Source of the DNA: a virus | Length of the DNA: 64,000 nt | Virus record (IMG/VR): IMGVR_UViG_3300002307_000034 | Location: 32,001 to 96,000 of that record | Direction: 5' to 3' (one strand) | Shown: positions 58,820 through 64,000 of the stretch, piece after piece | Layout of the letters: each line of letters starts with the position of its first letter | Position numbering within the stretch: position 1 is the stretch's first letter | The notes under the pieces: model-generated | Told to the model about the DNA's origin: nothing | What the model saw: the letters and a program-made list of their open reading frames with translations, nothing else | Databases searched by the model: none | Made by a program: the position numbers and the translations under genes

Positions 58820-59041
58820 ATGCTAATCTCAACAGCCCTAGAAGGCAAATATGTAAAGTCCTCAAAAGGACAAGGAATAATCCAGTACGCAGATTTCCGC
58901 AAGGATATGCGACACTCTACGCCCGAAGGCTATCTTGCTTATGCTTGCAAAGTACGCCCACACTGGAACGGCGAAGGATTTCCTAAGCCTGATTTCTGGA
59001 CAACAATTTATGTCGGACTTGATTCAGAATTGGTGGACTAA
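58820..59041 (+). CDS. hypothetical early protein
   Basis: GAAGG RBS downstream of module 4. Confidence 0.7.
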   Translation: MLISTALEGKYVKSSKGQGIIQYADFRKDMRHSTPEGYLAYACKVRPHWNGEGFPKPDFWTTIYVGLDSELVD

Positions 59042-59146
59042 ATGGGTAATATCGCAGATGAATTATGGAATAATTATAAAGAGGCTACTTGGAACACAAT
59101 GTCAGTGCCACCTGCTACAATATGGGAAACAAAGGAGAACGACTAA
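59042..59146 (+). CDS. 34-aa peptide containing an internal promoter
   Basis: MGNIADELWNNYKEATWNTMSVPPATIWETKEND; stop overlaps the next ATG. Confidence 0.5.
   Translation: MGNIADELWNNYKEATWNTMSVPPATIWETKEND
59100..59121 (+). promoter_or_regulatory. TGTCAG-N10-TACAAT promoter
   Basis: exact spacing; AAGGAG RBS and ATG at 59146 downstream. Confidence 0.75.
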
Positions 59147-59355
59147 TGGAATATAGTTATGTAATTACTACACACTATGACGGCGATTATTTTTCGTCGC
59201 ATAGATTTTCAGATGCACTAACTGCTGTAAATGCGTTTAATAAATGCGTAGATGTAGGAGATGCAAAAGAATATGCAACTTATAATCTATTAGAGCCAAA
59301 TGGCAAAATGCATACACTTAATTTTTATAGAAATGGGGCAGTAAATGGGAAGTAA
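59146..59355 (+). CDS. hypothetical early protein
   Basis: ATG at 59146 with AAGGAG; part of ORF 59089..59355. Confidence 0.7.
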   Translation: MEYSYVITTHYDGDYFSSHRFSDALTAVNAFNKCVDVGDAKEYATYNLLEPNGKMHTLNFYRNGAVNGK

Positions 59356-59644
59356 TCTAGCAACAGAATTAGCTGGAAGTGAATTAGGTTTATCTATGGA
59401 AGATAGTATTGGTATGCACTTGCGTGTTAATCACTACCCTCCCGTCCCAATTTCTATGGTACAGCCTTGCATAGATGCTATTGACGCATATTGGGAAGAA
59501 GACTTAAATCGTGAGATCGAATTACCTGAAGGCGTATCTTGGCGTGGCAATACCTATGCACCCGCATATGCTATTATTGAGAATCATCACTTGGAAGCCT
59601 GGTGCCAGGAAGATGAATACTTAGATGAAGAAGAATTGGTGTGA
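59345..59644 (+). CDS. hypothetical early protein (acidic)
   Basis: HL..NHYPPVP...C..AI, HHLEAW. Confidence 0.75.
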   Translation: MGSNLATELAGSELGLSMEDSIGMHLRVNHYPPVPISMVQPCIDAIDAYWEEDLNREIELPEGVSWRGNTYAPAYAIIENHHLEAWCQEDEYLDEEELV

Positions 59645-59706
59645 TGTAACTCACACCAGACACGCCCATAGTGGATTGGACAAAGGTTGTTCCGCTATGG
59701 TAAAAT
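59640..59706 (+). promoter_or_regulatory. early promoter module 5: CRP box, inverted GACACGCC, TGGACA-N18-TAAAAT
   Basis: TGTGAtgtaacTCACA 59640-55; GACACGCC 59659-66; -10 59701-06. Confidence 0.75.
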
Positions 59707-59744
59707 ACCACCTATAAACAACAACAAAAGAAAAGAGAAATAAA

Positions 59745-59909
59745 ATGACAGTATCAAACAAGACATACGCAGTAGGCGACCTATTCACCACACAGAAGTC
59801 AAAGGTGACAGGCACTATCAAGGAAATCAACCCTATCAACGCAAGCACGACCCGTGTGCTGCTTGATGTCGAAGGCAAAGACCGCTGGACAACAGTATCG
59901 TTTGCGTAA
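59745..59909 (+). CDS. 54-aa small beta-barrel-like protein, paralogue of 60479..60649
   Basis: TYAVGDLFTTQKSKVTGTI..I.P....TRV.L. Confidence 0.75.
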   Translation: MTVSNKTYAVGDLFTTQKSKVTGTIKEINPINASTTRVLLDVEGKDRWTTVSFA

Positions 59910-59921
59910 TTAAATAATAAT

Positions 59922-59954
59922 TGGCAGGAGGGTGTCAGACCCTCCTGCTATACT
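59922..59954 (+). promoter_or_regulatory. TGTCAG-N10-TATACT promoter embedded in a hairpin
   Basis: GCAGGAGGGT-gtcag-ACCCTCCTGC; TGTCAG 59933-38, TATACT 59949-54. Confidence 0.7.
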
Positions 59955-59991
59955 ATCTCTCATAACAAACCCGAATAGAAAGTAGAAATAA

Positions 59992-60408
59992 ATGTCAAGA
60001 GCAATCACAGTAAAGGTGGCAACACCAAAGGTAATCAAGGCTTTGGAAACAAAGTTGGCAACAATTAAAACTGATTATGCTAATCAGGAAAAGAACGAAG
60101 CAAAGTATCAGAAGGACTTTGAGAAGTATCGCAAGGCTCTTGCTGATTATGCTATTGCTAACATCAAGAAAGCAACTAACATCAGAACTAATCATCGCTC
60201 TTGGAATAATAGCCTTAACATTGACTTTGATGTTGATACACAAGGTGCTAATTTTCCTGCTGAGCCACAGCGTGAGTTTGAGCAACTACACGCACACACA
60301 TACAAGGAAATTGTAGAGGACATCTCAAATGCTCTCACAATTCTAAAAATGACAGACGAGGAAACAGTAAATGCTTCTACTATGAAGCAAATCGCTAAGT
60401 ATCTCTAA
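59992..60408 (+). CDS. hypothetical early protein (coiled coil)
   Basis: 138 aa, biased codons. Confidence 0.8.
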   Translation: MSRAITVKVATPKVIKALETKLATIKTDYANQEKNEAKYQKDFEKYRKALADYAIANIKKATNIRTNHRSWNNSLNIDFDVDTQGANFPAEPQREFEQLHAHTYKEIVEDISNALTILKMTDEETVNASTMKQIAKYL

Positions 60409-60415
60409 ATAATAC

Positions 60416-60445
60416 AAGACCTGAGCATAGTCTTAAAACTGCTCA
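60416..60445 (+). ncRNA. candidate H-type RNA pseudoknot in an intergenic leader
   Basis: S1 AAGAC/GTCTT, S2 TGAGCA/TGCTCA, loops of 1, 2 and 5 nt. Confidence 0.55.
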
Positions 60446-60478
60446 CACTATAACCCGAAATAGAAAAGGAAAAAAATA

Positions 60479-60649
60479 ATGACTTTGCAAGGATACACAT
60501 ATCAAATTGGTGATTTATTCACAACATCTAAAACTGGAGTAACTGGTCGCATCATTAAGTTTGCACCAATCTCAAATAAAGTAACTCGTGTTCAATTGCA
60601 ATTAGCAAATGGCTCAAAGCGATTTGCTATGGTTAAAACTTCTATCTAA
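60479..60649 (+). CDS. 56-aa protein, paralogue of 59745..59909
   Basis: AAAGGA RBS; TYQIGDLFTTSKTGVTGRI. Confidence 0.75.
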   Translation: MTLQGYTYQIGDLFTTSKTGVTGRIIKFAPISNKVTRVQLQLANGSKRFAMVKTSI

Positions 60650-60742
60650 TAAAATAATTAAAGTGGTCGTGAGTGATAACAGGTAAGTGTTATAGTAGCC
60701 TATAACCACCACTTTATTTTTTGGATCTGCAGCTGCTAATAA

Positions 60743-60881
60743 TAGTTGAACATTCAACCAAAACCCCGCCCCGCACTCGGGCGTGTCGTTACGAATGTGA
60801 TTTTAATCACTTGAATTTTGTCTCAAATAATAAGATTAAGGGCGTGTCGAGTGGACAAATGTCAGTGCGTTTTGGTATACT
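60743..60881 (+). promoter_or_regulatory. early promoter module 6: MarR-like box, repeat, CRP box, IclR-like box, GGCGTGTC, TGGACA, TGTCAG-N10-TATACT
   Basis: 60743-60; 60764-88; 60796-811; 60820-36; 60841-48; 60852-57; 60860-81. Confidence 0.8.
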
Positions 60882-60912
60882 AGCGACAGTTAAACAGAAA
60901 GAAGGTCTATTC

Positions 60913-61029
60913 ATGAACCTAGATGAATTTAAGACACATGTCCTTGCAACACGCAAGGCTTCACAGGCAGAAGCGATGTCAGTCCTATCTGCTACAATAC
61001 AACCTCAACCCGAAAAGAAAGAAGAATAA
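60913..61029 (+). CDS. 38-aa peptide containing an internal promoter
   Basis: GAAGG RBS; MNLDEFKTHVLATRKASQAEAMSVLSATIQ... Confidence 0.65.
   Translation: MNLDEFKTHVLATRKASQAEAMSVLSATIQPQPEKKEE
60977..60998 (+). promoter_or_regulatory. TGTCAG-N10-TACAAT promoter
   Basis: exact spacing, upstream of the gene at 61035. Confidence 0.7.
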
Positions 61030-61034
61030 ATAAA

Positions 61035-61514
61035 ATGGAAAATCTAACAATGTCTCAGGCTCGTGTAATTATTGACGAAGCCGTTGCAAATTTTGATGGA
61101 AACCTATCAGATGAAACAATTTCTCAAATTGTTTTTGCTATGAATGAAAATTTACAGATTCGTGATTACACCCTAGGCTTACCTATTAACTATGGAGTCG
61201 AGCATATGGTACAATTCTTTACTTATATCTCAGACCGAATTCCATCGGATGAGGCATATGCGGTTAATACCGTATTAGCAATGTTTGAGTATGAATTAGG
61301 CGAAACAGATATTGCTTCCCACCTCATTCAATCTGTAAATGGGACTAGAGTCTACTCTCTTGCCCTTCTTGCGACTCGTGTTATAAATGCAGGATGGCCA
61401 TCAGATTCTTTCGTTGCAATGCGTAACGAATTGGCACCCAAAGTTATTGCAAATATCGAAGAATTAGGAGATGAGGTAATTGGTCAAAAATTGGATGAAA
61501 ATGAACTTGTCTAA
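61035..61514 (+). CDS. DUF4192-like protein
   Basis: QIRD..LG, YSLALL..RV..AGWP pattern recalled from this actinobacterial family. Confidence 0.6.
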   Translation: MENLTMSQARVIIDEAVANFDGNLSDETISQIVFAMNENLQIRDYTLGLPINYGVEHMVQFFTYISDRIPSDEAYAVNTVLAMFEYELGETDIASHLIQSVNGTRVYSLALLATRVINAGWPSDSFVAMRNELAPKVIANIEELGDEVIGQKLDENELV

Positions 61515-61617
61515 AGTTCAACGCATACAAGAATTGCGACGCAGTAATGCGTCGCAACCTCTACGCAATAAAAAGAAATACACCCGAAAAAACAAATATA
61601 AGAAAGTAGAAGAATAA
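61501..61617 (+). CDS. 38-aa basic peptide
   Basis: MNLSKVQRIQELRRSNASQPLRNKKKYTRKNKYKKVEE. Confidence 0.65.
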   Translation: MNLSKVQRIQELRRSNASQPLRNKKKYTRKNKYKKVEE

Positions 61618-61881
61618 ATGTCAAATCTCTCAACCGCCCTTGCACTACAAGAAGGAATTTCTGAAATTGTCTTCTCTGATGAAGTAATGATTTATGCAGC
61701 TGAAATTGCAAAAAATGCAGATTTTAATCCTGAAGTTTTAGAATTAATAATGAAATACGCTTCTACACTATCCGCAGGCGTTGCAACAAAAGTTGTAGAA
61801 ATTGTAATGCCTAAATCTGAATTTAGTTCTATGATGAAAGAACTTAAAGAAATGCAAGAGATTGGAGATTCAATTGAATAA
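61618..61881 (+). CDS. hypothetical early protein
   Basis: abuts the previous stop. Confidence 0.7.
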   Translation: MSNLSTALALQEGISEIVFSDEVMIYAAEIAKNADFNPEVLELIMKYASTLSAGVATKVVEIVMPKSEFSSMMKELKEMQEIGDSIE

Positions 61882-62071
61882 GTCAACTGGACAAAACATT
61901 CACACAAAATGGATCCAAGATGCATTGGGTGTGAGCACTGCAGTAGCACTACGTGTGCAAAAAGAAATTAATCAAAACTATGATTTAGATTGGTCTGAAG
62001 CAGATATGGACGAAATCGAATTTACTGCAATGTTGGCGTTTGAAAATATGAATGTAACACATAGCTTTTAG
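61874..62071 (+). CDS. hypothetical early protein
   Basis: GGAG then TTG at 61874, in frame with ORF 61862..62071; LDWSEA motif. Confidence 0.6.
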   Translation: MNKSTGQNIHTKWIQDALGVSTAVALRVQKEINQNYDLDWSEADMDEIEFTAMLAFENMNVTHSF

Positions 62072-62155
62072 TTGCGACGGGTGAGAGAGACGGTGGGTCC
62101 AAGGGTTGGGCCCACTGTTACCACTTGACAAATGCAAATTTTTGGGGCGGGGCTT

Positions 62156-62187
62156 TGTGATGCAAATCACATGTGATTAAGATCACA
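62156..62187. promoter_or_regulatory. two abutting perfect CRP/GlxR-type boxes
   Basis: TGTGAtgcaaaTCACA-TGTGAttaagaTCACA. Confidence 0.75.
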
Positions 62188-62301
62188 TGCATAAGGTTTG
62201 ACCAATCACCCTTACGAATGATAGAATCATCCAATGGAATCAATAATGCTCGTGCCCGTTTTGTTCTTTTTGTCACCATTTATGATGGCTTTTCTAGCGT
62301 A

Positions 62302-62367
62302 TGTGTTTTATGTCACAATTAAAATACGTTGATAGGCTTGACGAATGTCAGTCCAGTCTGATATACT
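62302..62367 (+). promoter_or_regulatory. early promoter module 7: CRP-like box, TTGACG, TGTCAG-N10-TATACT
   Basis: TGTGTtttatgTCACA 62302-17; TGTCAG 62346-51; TATACT 62362-67. Confidence 0.8.
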
Positions 62368-62398
62368 TACGGCTTAACCAAAATGAAAGAAGGTCAAA

Positions 62399-63433
62399 AT
62401 GAACCAAAATACAGTCCATCAATCTGAAATCGAATCCGGCGAAGCGTCTTTTGCTATTGTCGAATCTCGTTCCAATCCTGCTTGGCATAGTTTTGCTAAC
62501 AAGGTTTTCGATAAGGATATCGAAACTCCTACAGTTACAGAAATTATGGATGCTGCTAAATTATCTAATTGGAATGTTCGACTTGAGCCTATTGCCGAAT
62601 TAGTTCCTGACTACAATATGATTAGCGATTCTTATCTTGTTGTCCGTGATAATCCATATGGTAAAGGTAAGGATGTTCTTGCAACAGTAGGCTCACGCTA
62701 TAAAGAAGTGCAGAATGAAGATTTATTTGCATTTGCAGAAAATCTACACGACTCCAATCCTGACGTTAAAATTGATTCAGCAGGTTCATTTAAGAGTGGA
62801 CGTGTTGTTTATGGTTCTTGGTCTGTACCTAACCAATTAGTTCTTGACCCAAAGGGTGCTAACGATGTAACGAATCTATATTTGATTTGCTACACCTCAC
62901 ACGATGGGTCTGTGTCTGTGCAGGTTGCTTTAACGCCTGTCCGTGTTAAATGTCAAAATACACTTAATTTTGCTATGAAACGTGCTAAGCAATCTTTCAA
63001 GTTGCGTCATACTCAAACAGTAGACGGAAAAATTGCACAGGCTCGTGAGGCTTTAGGTTTATCTATTGCATATATGGATGAATTCTCTAAGCAAGCGAAT
63101 GAATTATTTACTCGTGAGGTAACAGCGTTAGATTTTAGCAAAATCATCACAACACTTTATCCTAAGCCTGAATCAGATAAAAAAGGTTCGCTTAAAAAGT
63201 GGGAATCAAAAGTTGTTTTGCTTGACGAGTTGTATCACAATTCACCTACCAATGAAAATATCAAAGGTACTGCTTGGGGCGTAGTTAATGCATTAACCGA
63301 ACGCCTTGATTATTATCGCACAGCCCGCAAGGGTAATGGTGAATCGCTTGTTTATTCTGCAAGTGGTTTTGACCCTGTAATAAATGCAGAAAAAAATAAA
63401 ATTGTTAAAGCGGTTTTGCAACTAACTGCTTAA
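62399..63433 (+). CDS. DUF932/DUF945-family phage/plasmid-like protein
   Basis: PAWH, V..RY..VQN...F, SHDGS, TPVRV.CQNTL, RHT, GTAWG..NA.TE..D. Confidence 0.85.
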   Translation: MNQNTVHQSEIESGEASFAIVESRSNPAWHSFANKVFDKDIETPTVTEIMDAAKLSNWNVRLEPIAELVPDYNMISDSYLVVRDNPYGKGKDVLATVGSRYKEVQNEDLFAFAENLHDSNPDVKIDSAGSFKSGRVVYGSWSVPNQLVLDPKGANDVTNLYLICYTSHDGSVSVQVALTPVRVKCQNTLNFAMKRAKQSFKLRHTQTVDGKIAQAREALGLSIAYMDEFSKQANELFTREVTALDFSKIITTLYPKPESDKKGSLKKWESKVVLLDELYHNSPTNENIKGTAWGVVNALTERLDYYRTARKGNGESLVYSASGFDPVINAEKNKIVKAVLQLTA

Positions 63434-63439
63434 TAAATC

Positions 63440-63471
63440 GGGGGCGAGAAATCGCCCCCACATTTTTTTTT
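63440..63471 (+). terminator. intrinsic terminator
   Basis: GGGGGCGA-GAAA-TCGCCCCC followed by a T9 run. Confidence 0.9.
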
Positions 63472-63487
63472 AGATCAAGAGCTGCAA

Positions 63488-63641
63488 TTTATAAATATGC
63501 AAAGCGTTGCATAATTATGCATCCTCGGGGTATGTGATGTAAAACACAATTACGATATGTCCGAATTATCACTTGAATACCAATTACGAAGATCAAATTA
63601 CGAATTACGATTGGACATATGTCAGTGGTATATGTTAGAAT
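63488..63641 (+). promoter_or_regulatory. early promoter module 8: tandem ARG-like boxes, CRP-like box, AATTACGA x4, TGGACA, TGTCAG-N10-TAGAAT
   Basis: 63488-501 and 63508-21; 63533-48; 63548-610; 63620-41. Confidence 0.8.
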
Positions 63642-63667
63642 ACCCTATATTCAACGAAAGGAAATAT

Positions 63668-64000
63668 ATGCCAAATTGGGTCTATAATGGTTTAACAATT
63701 GAAGGTAAGCCAGAATCTATAACTAAATTAAAAGAACAAATGAATACTCCCTTTGTGGATTATATTGAAGCCAATGGTGATTTAGCCTTTGGTGTTAAAG
63801 AGACTAAGTATTCTAATCCTGTATTTTCATTCCGTAATATCATTGCTCCCACCGACCTTGAAGCATACAAGGCACAGCCTGTTCGTTCTGAACTTGATTG
63901 GAATGACCCTAATTGGTGGGCTGATATTCAACGTCTATCTGAAACAGATAATTCTTGGTATAACTGGAACATGCGTAATTGGGGAACAAAATGGGATGTG
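63668..64000 (+). CDS. DUF1281/YubB ferredoxin-like family protein, truncated by window end
   Basis: MPNWVYNGLTIEG...FSF.NII.P...WYNWN..NWGTKWDV. Confidence 0.8.
   Translation, partial: MPNWVYNGLTIEGKPESITKLKEQMNTPFVDYIEANGDLAFGVKETKYSNPVFSFRNIIAPTDLEAYKAQPVRSELDWNDPNWWADIQRLSETDNSWYNWNMRNWGTKWDV

Noticed and set aside
57748-60788. 26-bp repeat as a CRISPR array
   Set aside because: Copies are 0.9-2.1 kb apart and separated by genes; no regular spacers and no cas genes.
60721-60912. N-terminal extension of ORF 60721..61029
   Set aside because: It runs across promoter module 6; the RBS-supported start is ATG at 60913.
62072-62125. tRNA in the GC-rich intergenic stretch
   Set aside because: No T-loop GTTCRA or cloverleaf; a simple hairpin only.

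Overview
A 64-kb, AT-rich segment of a large tailed (siphovirus-like) phage, very probably infecting a low-GC actinobacterium. The host is inferred from gene content, leaderless-type promoters and actinobacterial operator motifs. Bases 1-52.9 kb are read almost entirely on the minus strand. They hold a replication block (DnaE polymerase running off the left edge, gp32-like SSB, primase, DnaB helicase), a phosphoesterase, tail and head genes, a sulfation/glycosylation island between fibre genes, class II ribonucleotide reductase and a GT4. The tail/head genes include tape measure, tail chaperones with a -1 frameshift site, major tail, HK97-type capsid, protease-scaffold and portal. From ~56.4 kb the strand switches to a plus-strand array of small early-type genes. 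The most striking signal is non-coding: the intergenic blocks of this array are built from a reused, ordered set of motifs matching actinobacterial host regulators. These are eight exact TGTCAG-N10-TAnnnT promoters (RecA-NDp/PafBC type), nine helically phased CRP/GlxR boxes, seven GACACGCC boxes (WhiA type), two tandem ARG-box pairs, MarR(RosR)-like and IclR-like palindromes, and a 26-bp repeat. This suggests a phage cis-regulatory system that reads and/or titrates host transcription factors. A second candidate system is a compact APS-kinase/HxGH-nucleotidyltransferase fusion with two sulfotransferases (possible minimal PAPS synthase for virion glycan sulfation). No tRNA, rRNA, CRISPR array, integrase or terminase was recognised. 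All calls are by eye, without database searches.
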